A stretch of DNA of 64,000 nt. Origin: Eledone cirrhosa (taxonomy: Eukaryota). The stretch covers positions 166,284,001-166,348,000 of the forward strand of contig OZ024742.1 of NCBI GenBank assembly GCA_964016885.1. Reading direction: 5' to 3'. The notes beneath the pieces are model-generated. The model was not told the DNA's origin, did not search any database, and saw nothing but the letters and a program-made list of their open reading frames with translations. Positions within the stretch are counted from its first letter, which is position 1. Every line of letters starts with the position of its first letter. Shown in pieces: positions 10,801 through 24,300 of the stretch. Both the position numbers and the translations under genes were made by a program.

Positions 10801-13800
10801 AGGGGAGATAATTTCCAGCCGTGCAAGGGGAGATAATTTCCAGCCGTCCAAGGGGAGATAATTTCCATCCTTCCAAGGGGAGATAATGTCCAGCCGTCCA
10901 AGGGGAGATAATTTCCCGCCAGCCAAGGGAAGATAATTTTTAAAAAAATCAGGCGGAGATTGTAAAAAAAATCAGGGGGAGATAATTTGTAAAAAAAAAA
11001 TCAGGGGGAGATAATTTGTAAAAAAAATCAGGGGTAGATAATTTGTAAAAAAAAATCAGGGGGAGATAATTTGTAAAAAAAAATCAGGGGGAGATAATTT
11101 CTAAAAAAATCAAGGGGAGATAATATGCAGCCGTCCAAGGGGAGATAATTTTCAGCCGTCCAAGGAGAGGTAATTTCTAGCCGTCCAAGGGGAGATAATT
11201 TCCAGCCGTCCAAGGGGAGATAATTTCCAGCCGTCCAAGGGGAGATAGTTTTTTTAAAAAAATCAGGCGGAGATAATTTGTAAAAAAAAAATCAGGGGGA
11301 GATAATTTGTAAAAAAAAATCAGGGGGAGATAATTTGTAAAAAAAAATCAGGGGGAGATAATTTGTAAAAAAAATCAGGGGGAGATAATTAGTAAAAAAA
11401 AATCAAGGGGAGATAATTTCCAGCCGTCCAAGGGGAGGTAATATCTAGCCGTCCAAGGGGAGATAATTTCCAGCCGTCCAAGGGGAGATAATTTCCAGCC
11501 GTCCAAGGGTAGATAATATCCAGCCGTCCAAGTAGACATATTTTCCAGCCGTCCAAGGAGAGGTAATTTCTAGCCGTCCAAGGGGAGATAAATTCCAGCC
11601 TCCAAGGGGAGATAATTTCCAGCCAGCCAAGGGGAGATAATTTGTAAAAAAATCAGGGGGAGATAATTTGTAAAAAAAATCAGGGGGAGATAATTTGTAA
11701 AAAAAAATCAGGGGGAGATAATTTGTAAAAAAAATCAAGGGGAGATAATTTGTAAAAAAAAATCAGGGGGAGATAATTTGTAAAAAAAAATCAGGGGGAG
11801 ATAATTTGTAAAAAAAAATCAGGGGGAGATAATTTGTAAAAAAAATCAAGGGGAGATAATTTCCAGCCGTCCAAGGAGAGATAATTTAAAAAAAAAATCA
11901 GGCGGAGATAATTTGTAAAAAAAATCAGGGGGAGATAATTTGTAAAAAAAAATCAGGGGGAGATAATTTGTAAAAAAAAATCAGGGGGAGATAATTTCCA
12001 GCCGTCCAAGGTAAGATAATTTCCAGCCCTCCAAGGGGCTATAATTTCCAGCCGTCCAAGGGTAGATAATATCCAGCCGTCCAAGTAGACATATTTTCCA
12101 GCCGTTCAAGGAGAGGTAATTTCTAGCCGTCCAAGGGGAGATAAATTCCAGCCTCCAAGGGGAGATAATTTCCAGCCAGCCAAGGGGAGATAATTTGTAA
12201 AAAAATCAGGGGGAGATAATTTGTAAAAAAAATCAGGGGGAGATAATTTGTAAAAAAAAATCAGGGGGAGATAATTTGTAAAAAAAAATCAGGGGGAGAT
12301 AATTTGTAAAAAAAAATCAGGGGGAGATAATTTGTAAAAAAAATCAAGGGGAGATAATTTCCAGCCGTCCAAGGGGAGATAATTTTCAGCCGTCCAAGGG
12401 GAGATAATTTCCAGCCGTCCAAGGGGAGATAATTTCCATCCTTCCAAGGGGAGATAATTTCCAGCCGTCCAAGGGGAGATAATTTTCAGCCGTCCAAGGG
12501 GAGATAATTTCCCGCCAGCCAAGGGAAGATAATATTTTAAAAAATCAGGCGGAGATAATTTGTAAAAAAAATCAGGGGGAGATAATTTGTAAAAAAATCA
12601 GGGGGAGATAATTTGTAAAAAAAAAATCAGGGGGAGATAATTTGTAAAAAAAATCAGGGGGAGATAATTTGTAAAAAAAAATCAGGGGTAGATAATTTGT
12701 AAAAAAAAATCAGGGGGAGATAATTTGTAAAAAAAAATCAGGGGGAGATAATTTGTAAAAAAAATCAGGGGGAGATAATTTGTAAAAAAAAATCAGGGGG
12801 AGATAATTTCCGGCCGTCCAAGGGGAGATAATTTTCAGCCGTCCAAGGGGAGATAATTTCCCGCCAGCCAAGGGAAGATAATATTTAAAAAAATCAGGCG
12901 GAGATAATTTGTAAAAAAAATCAGGGGGAGATAATTTGTAAAAAAATCAGGGGGAGATAATTTGTAAAAAAAATCAAGGGGAGATAATTTCCAGCCGTCC
13001 AAGGGGAGGTAATATCTAGCCGTCCAAGGGGAGATAATTTCCAGCCGTCCAAGTGGAGATAATTTCCAGCCGTCCAAGGGTAGATAATATCCAGCCGTCC
13101 AAGGAGACATATTTTCCAGCCGTCCAAGGAGAGGTAATTTCTAGCCGTCCAAGGGGAGATAAATTCCAGCCTCCAAGGGGAGATAATTTCCAGCCAGCCA
13201 AGGGGAGATAATTTGTAAAAAAAATCAGGGGGAGATAATTTGTAAAAAAAATCAGGGGGAGATAATTTGTAAAAAAATCAGGGGGAGATAATTTGTAAAA
13301 AAAAAATCAGGGGGAGATAATTTGTAAAAAAAATCAGGGGGAGATGATTTGTAAAAAAAAATCAGGGGTAGATAATTTGTAAAAAAAAATCAGGGGGTGA
13401 TAATTTGTAAAAAAAAATCAGGGGGAGATAATTTGTAAAAAAAATCAAGGGGAGATAATTTCCAGCCGTCGAAGGGAAGATAATTTCCAGCCCTCCAAGG
13501 GGCTATAATTTCCAGCGTCCAAGGGGAGATAATTTCCAGCCGTCCAAGGGGAGATAATTTCCAGCCGTCCAAGGGTAGATAATATCCAGCCGTCCAAGTA
13601 GACATTTTCCAGCCGTCCAAGGAGAGGTAATTTCTAGCCGTCCAAGGGGAGATAAATTCCAGCCTCCAAGGGGAGATAATTTCCAGCCAGCCAAGGGGAG
13701 ATAATTTGTAAAAAAATCAGGGGGAGATAATTTGTAAAAAAAATCAGGGGGAGATAATTTGTAAAAAAAAATCAGGGGGAGATAATTTGTAAAAACAATC

Positions 13801-16800
13801 AGGGGGAGATAATTTGTAAAAAAAATCAGGGGGAGATAATTTGTAAAAAAAATCAAGGGGAGATAATTTCCAGCCGTCCAAGGGGAGATAATTTTCAGCC
13901 GTCCAAGGGGAGATAATTTCCAGCCGTCCAAGGGGAGATAATTTCCATCCTTCCAAGGGGAGATAATTTCCAGCCGTCCAAGGGGAGATAATTTCCTGCC
14001 AGCCAAGGGAAGATAATATTTTAAAAAATCAGGCGGAGATAATTTGTAAAAAAAATCAGGGGGAGATAATTTGTAAAAAAATCAGGGGGAGATAATTTGT
14101 AAAAAAAAAATCAGGGGGAGATAATTTGTAAAAAAAATCAGGGGGAGTTAATTTGTAAAAAAAAATCAGGGGTAGATAATTTGTAAAAAAAAATCAGGGG
14201 GAGATAATTTGTAAAAAAAAAATCAGGGGGAGATAATTTGTAAAAAAAATCAAGGGGAGATAATTTCCAGCCGTCCAAGGAGAGATAATTTTTAAAAAAA
14301 ATCAGGCGGAGATAATTTGTAAAAAAAAATCAAGGGGAGATAATTTGTAAAAAAAAATCAAGGGGAGATAATTTGTAAAAAAAATCAAGGGGAGATAATT
14401 TCCAGCCGTCCAAGGGAAGATAATTTCCAGCACTCCAAGGGGCTATAATTTCCAGTGTCCAAGGGGAGATAATTTCCAGCCAGCGAAGGGGAGATAATTT
14501 TTTTAAAAAAATCAGGGGGAGATATGTAAAAAAAATCAGAGGGAGATAATTTCTAAAAAAAATCAAAGGGAGATAATTTCCAGCCGTCCAAAGAGAGATA
14601 ATTTCTAGCCGTCCAAGGGGAGATAATTTCCAGCCAAGGGGAGATAATTTCCAGCCGTCCAAGGGGAGATAATTATTTAAAAAATCAGGTGGAGATAATT
14701 TGTAAAAAAAATCAGGGGGAGATAATTTGTAAAAACAAAATCAAGGGCAGATAATTTCCAGCTGTCCAAGGGGAGATAATTTCCAGCCGTGCAAGGGGAG
14801 ATAATTTCCAGCCGTCCAAGGGGAGATAATTTCCATCCTTCCAAGGGGAGATAATGTCCAGCCGTCCAAGGGGAGATAATTTCCCGCCAGCCAAGGGAAG
14901 ATAATTTTTAAAAAAATCAGGCGGAGATTGTAAAAAAAATCAGGGGGAGATAATTTGTAAAAAAAAAATCAGGGGGAGATAATTTGTAAAAAAAATCAGG
15001 GGTAGATAATTTGTAAAAAAAAATCAGGGGGAGATAATTTGTAAAAAAAAATCAGGGGGAGATAATTTCTAAAAAAATCAAGGGGAGATAATATGCAGCC
15101 GTCCAAGGGGAGATAATTTTCAGCCGTCCAAGGAGAGGTAATTTCTAGCCGTCCAAGGGGAGATAATTTCCAGCCGTCCAAGGGGAGATAATTTCCAGCC
15201 GTCCAAGGGGAGATAGTTTTTTTAAAAAAATCAGGCGGAGATAATTTGTAAAAAAAAAATCAGGGGGAGATAATTTGTAAAAAAAAATCAGGGGGAGATA
15301 ATTTGTAAAAAAAAATCAGGGGGAGATAATTTGTAAAAAAAATCAGGGGGAGATAATTAGTAAAAAAAATCAAGGGGAGATAATTTCCAGCCGTCCAAGG
15401 GGAGGTAATATCTAGCCGTCCAAGGGGAGATAATTTCCAGCCGTCCAAGGGGAGATAATTTCCAGCCGTCCAAGGGTAGATAATATCCAGCCGTCCAAGT
15501 AGACATATTTTCCAGCCGTCCAAGGAGAGGTAATTTCTAGCCGTCCAAGGGGAGATAAATTCCAGCCTCCAAGGGGAGATAATTTCCAGCCAGCCAAGGG
15601 GAGATAATTTGTAAAAAAATCAGGGGGAGATAATTTGTAAAAAAAATCAGGGGGAGATAATTTGTAAAAAAAAATCAGGGGGAGATAATTTGTAAAAAAA
15701 AATCAGGGGGAGATAATTTGTAAAAAAAATCAAGGGGAGATAATTTGTAAAAAAAAATCAGGGGGAGATAATTTGTAAAAAAAAATCAGGGGGAGATAAT
15801 TTGTAAAAAAAAATCAGGGGGAGATAATTTGTAAAAAAAATCAAGGGGAGATAATTTCCAGCCGTCCAAGGAGAGATAATTTAAAAAAAAAATCAGGCGG
15901 AGATAATTTGTAAAAAAAAATCAGGGGGAGATAATTTGTAAAAAAAAATCAGGGGGAGATAATTTGTAAAAAAAATCAAGGGGAGATAATTTCCAGCCGT
16001 CCAAGGGGAGATAATTTCCAGCCGTCCAAGGGGAGATAATTTTTTTAAAAAAATCAGGCGGAGATAATTTGTAAAAAAAATCAGGGGGAGATAATTTGTA
16101 AAAAAAAATCAGGGGGAGATAATTTGTAAAAAAAAATCAGGGGGAGATAATTTCCAGCCGTCCAAGGTAAGATAATTTCCAGCCCTCCAAGGGGCTATAA
16201 TTTCCAGCCGTCCAAGGGTAGATAATATCCAGCCGTCCAAGTAGACATATTTTCCAGCCGTCCAAGGAGAGGTAATTTCTAGCCGTCCAAGGGGAGATAA
16301 ATTCCAGCCTCCAAGGGGAGATAATTTCCAGCCAGCCAAGGGGAGATAATTTGTAAAAAAATCAGGGGGAGATAATTTGTAAAAAAAATCAGGGGGAGAT
16401 AATTTGTAAAAAAAAATCAGGGGGAGATAATTTGTAAAAAAAAATCAGGGGGAGATAATTTGTAAAAAAAAATCAGGGGGAGATAATTTGTAAAAAAAAT
16501 CAAGGGGAGATAATTTCCAGCCGTCCAAGGGGAGATAATTTTCAGCCGTCCAAGGGGAGATAATTTCCAGCCGTCCAAGGGGAGATAATTTCCATCCTTC
16601 CAAGGGGAGATAATTTCCAGCCGTCCAAGGGGAGATAATTTTCAGCCGTCCAAGGGGAGATAATTTCCCGCCAGCCAAGGGAAGATAATATTTTAAAAAA
16701 TCAGGCGGAGATAATTTGTAAAAAAAATCAGGGGGAGATAATTTGTAAAAAAATCAGGGGGAGATAATTTGTAAAAAAAAAATCAGGGGGAGATAATTTG

Positions 16801-19800
16801 TAAAAAAAATCAGGGGGAGATAATTTGTAAAAAAAAATCAGGGGTAGATAATTTGTAAAAAAAAATCAGGGGGAGATAATTTGTAAAAAAAATCAGGGGG
16901 AGATAATTTGTAAAAAAAATCAGGGGGAGATAATTTGTAAAAAAAAATCAGGGGGAGATAATTTGTAAAAAAAAATCAGGGGTAGATAATTTGTAAAAAA
17001 AAATCAGGGGGAGATAATTTGTAAAAAAAAATCAGGGGGAGATAATTTGTAAAAAAAATCAGGGGGAGATAATTTGTAAAAAAAAATCAGGGGGAGATAA
17101 TTTCCGGCCGTCCAAGGGGAGATAATTTTCAGCCGTCCAAGGGGAGATAATTTCCCGCCAGCCAAGGGAAGATAATATTTAAAAAAATCAGGCGGAGATA
17201 ATTTGTAAAAAAAATCAGGGGGAGATAATTTGTAAAAAAATCAGGGGGAGATAATTTGTAAAAAAAATCAAGGGGAGATAATTTCCAGCCGTCCAAGGGA
17301 AGGTAATATCTAGCCGTCCAAGGGGAGATAATTTCCAGCCGTCCAAGAGGAGATAATTTCCAGCCGTCCAAGGGTAGATAATATCCAGCCGTCCAAGGAG
17401 ACATATTTTCCAGCCGTCCAAGGAGAGGTAATTTCTAGCCGTCCAAGGGGAGATAAATTCCAGCCTCCAAGGGGAGATAATTTCCAGCCAGCCAAGGGGA
17501 GATAATTTGTAAAAAAAATCAGGGGGAGATAATTTGTAAAAAAAATCAGGGGGAGATAATTTGTAAAAAAAAAATCAGGGGGAGATAATTTGTAAAAAAA
17601 ATCAGGGGGAGATGATTTGTAAAAAAAAATCAGGGGTAGATAATTTGTAAAAAAAAATCAGGGGGTGATAATTTGTAAAAAAAAATCAGGGGGAGATAAT
17701 TTGTAAAAAAAATCAAGGGGAGATAATTTCCAGCCGTCGAAGGGAAGATAATTTCCAGCCCTCCAAGGGGCTATAATTTCCAGCGTCCAAGGGGAGATAA
17801 TTTCCAGCCGTCCAAGGGTAGATAATATCCAGCCGTCCAAGTAGACATTTTCCAGCCGTCCAAGTAGAGGTAATTTCTAGCCGTCCAAGGGGAGATAAAT
17901 TCCAGCCTCCAAGGGGAGATAATTTCCAGCCAGCCAAGGGGAGATAATTTGTAAAAAAATCAGGGGGAGATAATTTGTAAAAAAAATCAGGGGGAGATAA
18001 TTTGTAAAAAAAAATCAGGGGGAGATAATTTGTAAAAAAAATCAGGGGGAGATAATTTGTAAAAAAAATCAGGGGGAGATAATTTGTAAAAAAAATCAAG
18101 GGGAGATAATTTCCAGCCGTCCAAGGGGAGATAATTTTCAGCCGTCCAAGGGGAGATAATTTCCAGCCGTCCAAGGGGAGATAATTTCCATCCTTCCAAG
18201 GGGAGATAATTTCCAGCCGTCCAAGGGGAGATAATTTTCAGCCGTCCAAGGGGAGATAATTTCCCGCCAGCCAAGGGAAGATAATATTTTAAAAAATCAG
18301 GCGGAGATAATTTGTAAAAAAAATCAGGGGGAGATAATTTGTAAAAAAATCAGGGGGAGATAATTTGTAAAAAAAAAATCAGGGGGAGATAATTTGTAAA
18401 AAAAATCAGTGGGAGATAATTTGTAAAAAAAAATCAGGGGTAGATAATTTTTAAAAAAAAATCAGGGGGAGATAATTTGTAAAAAAAAAATCAGGGGGAG
18501 ATAATTTGTAAAAAAAATCAAGGGGAGATAATTTCCAGCCGTCCAAGGAGAGATAATTTTTAAAAAAAATCAGGCGGAGATAATTTGTAAAAAAAAATCA
18601 AGGGGAGATAATTTGTAAAAAAAAATCAAGGGGAGATAATTTGTAAAAAAAATCAAGGGGAGATAATTTCCAGCCGTCCAAGGGAAGATAATTTCCAGCA
18701 CTCCAAGGGGCTATAATTTCCAGTGTCCAAGGGGAGATAATTTCCAGCCAGCGAAGGGGAGATAATTTTTTTAAAAAAATCAGGGGGAGATATGTAAAAA
18801 AAATCAGAGGGAGATAATTTCTAAAAAAAATCAAAGGGAGATAATTTCCAGCCGTCCAAAGAGAGATAATTTCTAGCCGTCCAAGGGGAGATAATTTCCA
18901 GCCAAGGGGAGATAATTTCCAGCCGTCCAAGGGGAGATAATTATTTAAAAAATCAGGTGGAGATAATTTGTAAAAAAAATCAGGGGGAGATAATTTGTAA
19001 AAACAAAATCAAGGGCAGATAATTTCCAGCTGTCCAAGGGGAGATAATTTCCAGCCGTGCAAGGGGAGATAATTTCCAGCCGTCCAAGGGGAGATAATTT
19101 CCATCCTTCCAAGGGGAGATAATGTCCAGCCGTCCAAGGGGAGATAATTTCCCGCCAGCCAAGGGAAGATAATTTTTAAAAAAATCAGGCGGAGATTGTA
19201 AAAAAAATCAGGGGGAGATAATTTGTAAAAAAAAAATCAGGGGGAGATAATTTGTAAAAAAAATCAGGGGTAGATAATTTGTAAAAAAAAATCAGGGGGA
19301 GATAATTTGTAAAAAAAAATCAGGGGGAGATAATTTCTAAAAAAATCAAGGGGAGATAATATGCAGCCGTCCAAGGGGAGATAATTTTCAGCCGTCCAAG
19401 GAGAGGTAATTTCTAGCCGTCCAAGGGGAGATAATTTCCAGCCGTCCAAGGGGAGATAATTTCCAGCCGTCCAAGGGGAGATAGTTTTTTTAAAAAAATC
19501 AGGCGGAGATAATTTGTAAAAAAAAAATCAGGGGGAGATAATTTGTAAAAAAAAATCAGGGGGAGATAATTTGTAAAAAAAAATCAGGGGGAGATAATTT
19601 GTAAAAAAAATCAGGGGGAGATAATTAGTAAAAAAAATCAAGGGGAGATAATTTCCAGCCGTCCAAGGGGAGGTAATATCTAGCCGTCCAAGGGGAGATA
19701 ATTTCCAGCCGTCCAAGGGGAGATAATTTCCAGCCGTCCAAGGGTAGATAATATCCAGCCGTCCAAGTAGACATATTTTCCAGCCGTCCAAGGAGAGGTA

Positions 19801-22800
19801 ATTTCTAGCCGTCCAAGGGGAGATAAATTCCAGCCTCCAAGGGGAGATAATTTCCAGCCAGCCAAGGGGAGATAATTTGTAAAAAAATCAGGGGGAGATA
19901 ATTTGTAAAAAAAATCAGGGGGAGATAATTTGTAAAAAAAAATCAGGGGGAGATAATTTGTAAAAAAAAATCAGGGGGAGATAATTTGTAAAAAAAATCA
20001 AGGGGAGATAATTTGTAAAAAAAAATCAGGGGGAGATAATTTGTAAAAAAAAATCAGGGGGAGATAATTTGTAAAAAAAAATCAGGGGGAGATAATTTGT
20101 AAAAAAAATCAAGGGGAGATAATTTCCAGCCGTCCAAGGAGAGATAATTTAAAAAAAAAATCAGGCGGAGATAATTTGTAAAAAAAAATCAGGGGGAGAT
20201 AATTTGTAAAAAAAAATCAGGGGGAGATAATTTGTAAAAAAAATCAAGGGGAGATAATTTCCAGCCGTCCAAGGGGAGATAATTTCCAGCCGTCCAAGGG
20301 GAGATAATTTTTTTAAAAAAATCAGGCGGAGATAATTTGTAAAAAAAATCAGGGGGAGATAATTTGTAAAAAAAAATCAGGGGGAGATAATTTGTAAAAA
20401 AAAATCAGGGGGAGATAATTTCCAGCCGTCCAAGGTAAGATAATTTCCAGCCCTCCAAGGGGCTATAATTTCCAGCCGTCCAAGGGTAGATAATATCCAG
20501 CCGTCCAAGTAGACATATTTTCCAGCCGTCCAAGGAGAGGTAATTTCTAGCCGTCCAAGGGGAGATAAATTCCAGCCTCCAAGGGGAGATAATTTCCAGC
20601 CAGCCAAGGGGAGATAATTTGTAAAAAAATCAGGGGGAGATAATTTGTAAAAAAAATCAGGGGGAGATAATTTGTAAAAAAAAATCAGGGGGAGATAATT
20701 TGTAAAAAAAAATCAGGGGGAGATAATTTGTAAAAAAAAATCAGGGGGAGATAATTTGTAAAAAAAATCAAGGGGAGATAATTTCCAGCCGTCCAAGGGG
20801 AGATAATTTTCAGCCGTCCAAGGGGAGATAATTTCCAGCCGTCCAAGGGGAGATAATTTCCATCCTTCCAAGGGGAGATAATTTCCAGCCGTCCAAGGGG
20901 AGATAATTTTCAGCCGTCCAAGGGGAGATAATTTCCCGCCAGCCAAGGGAAGATAATATTTTAAAAAATCAGGCGGAGATAATTTGTAAAAAAAATCAGG
21001 GGGAGATAATTTGTAAAAAAATCAGGGGGAGATAATTTGTAAAAAAAAAATCAGGGGGAGATAATTTGTAAAAAAAATCAGGGGGAGATAATTTGTAAAA
21101 AAAAATCAGGGGTAGATAATTTGTAAAAAAAAATCAGGGGGAGATAATTTGTAAAAAAAATCAGGGGGAGATAATTTGTAAAAAAAATCAGGGGGAGATA
21201 ATTTGTAAAAAAAAATCAGGGGGAGATAATTTGTAAAAAAAAATCAGGGGTAGATAATTTGTAAAAAAAAATCAGGGGGAGATAATTTGTAAAAAAAAAT
21301 CAGGGGGAGATAATTTGTAAAAAAAATCAGGGGGAGATAATTTGTAAAAAAAAATCAGGGGGAGATAATTTCCGGCCGTCCAAGGGGAGATAATTTTCAG
21401 CCGTCCAAGGGGAGATAATTTCCCGCCAGCCAAGGGAAGATAATATTTAAAAAAATCAGGCGGAGATAATTTGTAAAAAAAATCAGGGGGAGATAATTTG
21501 TAAAAAAATCAGGGGGAGATAATTTGTAAAAAAAATCAAGGGGAGATAATTTCCAGCCGTCCAAGGGAAGGTAATATCTAGCCGTCCAAGGGGAGATAAT
21601 TTCCAGCCGTCCAAGAGGAGATAATTTCCAGCCGTCCAAGGGTAGATAATATCCAGCCGTCCAAGGAGACATATTTTCCAGCCGTCCAAGGAGAGGTAAT
21701 TTCTAGCCGTCCAAGGGGAGATAAATTCCAGCCTCCAAGGGGAGATAATTTCCAGCCAGCCAAGGGGAGATAATTTGTAAAAAAAATCAGGGGGAGATAA
21801 TTTGTAAAAAAAATCAGGGGGAGATAATTTGTAAAAAAATCAGGGGGAGATAATTTGTAAAAAAAAAATCAGGGGGAGATAATTTGTAAAAAAAATCAGG
21901 GGGAGATGATTTGTAAAAAAAAATCAGGGGTAGATAATTTGTAAAAAAAAATCAGGGGGTGATAATTTGTAAAAAAAAATCAGGGGGAGATAATTTGTAA
22001 AAAAAATCAAGGGGAGATAATTTCCAGCCGTCGAAGGGAAGATAATTTCCAGCCCTCCAAGGGGCTATAATTTCCAGCGTCCAAGGGGAGATAATTTCCA
22101 GCCGTCCAAGGGGAGATAATTTCCAGCCGTCCAAGGGTAGATAATATCCAGCCGTCCAAGTAGACATTTTCCAGCCGTCCAAGTAGAGGTAATTTCTAGC
22201 CGTCCAAGGGGAGATAAATTCCAGCCTCCAAGGGGAGATAATTTCCAGCCAGCCAAGGGGAGATAATTTGTAAAAAAATCAGGGGGAGATAATTTGTAAA
22301 AAAAATCAGGGGGAGATAATTTGTAAAAAAAAATCAGGGGGAGATAATTTGTAAAAAAAATCAGGGGGAGATAATTTGTAAAAAAAATCAGGGGGAGATA
22401 ATTTGTAAAAAAAATCAAGGGGAGATAATTTCCAGCCGTCCAAGGGGAGATAATTTTCAGCCGTCCAAGGGGAGATAATTTCCAGCCGTCCAAGGGGAGA
22501 TAATTTCCATCCTTCCAAGGGGAGATAATTTCCAGCCGTCCAAGGGGAGATAATTTTCAGCCGTCCAAGGGGAGATAATTTCCCGCCAGCCAAGGGAAGA
22601 TAATATTTTAAAAAATCAGGCGGAGATAATTTGTAAAAAAAATCAGGGGGAGATAATTTGTAAAAAAATCAGGGGGAGATAATTTGTAAAAAAAAAATCA
22701 GGGGGAGATAATTTGTAAAAAAAATCAGTGGGAGATAATTTGTAAAAAAAAATCAGGGGTAGATAATTTTTAAAAAAAAATCAGGGGGAGATAATTTGTA

Positions 22801-24300
22801 AAAAAAAAATCAGGGGGAGATAATTTGTAAAAAAAATCAAGGGGAGATAATTTCCAGCCGTCCAAGGAGAGATAATTTTTAAAAAAAATCAGGCGGAGAT
22901 AATTTGTAAAAAAAAATCAAGGGGAGATAATTTGTAAAAAAAAATCAAGGGGAGATAATTTGTAAAAAAAATCAAGGGGAGATAATTTCCAGCCGTCCAA
23001 GGGAAGATAATTTCCAGCACTCCAAGGGGCTATAATTTCCAGTGTCCAAGGGGAGATAATTTCCAGCCAGCGAAGGGGAGATAATTTTTTTAAAAAAATC
23101 AGGGGGAGATATGTAAAAAAAATCAGAGGGAGATAATTTCTAAAAAAAATCAAAGGGAGATAATTTCCAGCCGTCCAAAGAGAGATAATTTCTAGCCGTC
23201 CAAGGGGAGATAATTTCCAGCCAAGGGGACATAATTTCCAGCCGTCCAAGGGGAGATAATTATTTAAAAAATCAGGTGGAGATAATTTGTAAAAAAAATC
23301 AGGGGGAGATAATTTGTAAAAACAAAATCAAGGGCAGATAATTTCCAGCTGTCCAAGGGGAGATAATTTCCAGCCGTGCAAGGGGAGATAATTTCCAGCC
23401 GTCCAAGGGGAGATAATTTCCATCCTTCCAAGGGGAGATAATGTCCAGCCGTCCAAGGGGAGATAATTTCCCGCCAGCCAAGGTAAGATAATTTTTAAAA
23501 AAATCAGGCGGAGATTGTAAAAAAAATCAGGGGGAGATAATTTGTAAAAAAAAAATCAGGGGGAGATAATTTGTAAAAAAAATCAGGGGTAGATAATTTG
23601 TAAAAAAAAATCAGGGGGAGATAATTTGTAAAAAAAAATCAGGGGGAGATAATTTCTAAAAAAATCAAGGGGAGATAATATGCAGCCGTCCAAGGGGAGA
23701 TAATTTTCAGCCGTCCAAGGAGAGGTAATTTCTAGCCGTCCAAGGGGAGATAATTTCCAGCCGTCCAAGGGGAGATAATTTCCAGCCGTCCAAGGGGAGA
23801 TAGTTTTTTTAAAAAAATCAGGCGGAGATAATTTGTAAAAAAAAAATCAGGGGGAGATAATTTGTAAAAAAAAATCAGGGGGAGATAATTTGTAAAAAAA
23901 AATCAGGGGGAGATAATTTGTAAAAAAAATCAGGGGGAGATAATTAGTAAAAAAAATCAAGGGGAGATAATTTCCAGCCGTCCAAGGGGAGGTAATATCT
24001 AGCCGTCCAAGGGGAGATAATTTCCAGCCGTCCAAGGGGAGATAATTTCCAGCCGTCCAAGGGTAGATAATATCCAGCCGTCCAAGTAGACATATTTTCC
24101 AGCCGTCCAAGGAGAGGTAATTTCTAGCCGTCCAAGGGGAGATAAATTCCAGCCTCCAAGGGGAGATAATTTCCAGCCAGCCAAGGGGAGATAATTTGTA
24201 AAAAAATCAGGGGGAGATAATTTGTAAAAAAAATCAGGGGGAGATAATTTGTAAAAAAAAATCAGGGGGAGATAATTTGTAAAAAAAAATCAGGGGGAGA
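7900..24300 (+). repeat. About four tandem copies of a ~4.0-4.3 kb higher-order repeat
   Basis: Matching landmarks at 8296/12289/16445/20713, 8842/12835/17129/21397 and 10744/14712/18980/23299 (periods 3968-4319 bp). Each copy carries ATAATGTCC, ATAATATGCAG and GATAGTTTT markers. Confidence 0.92.
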
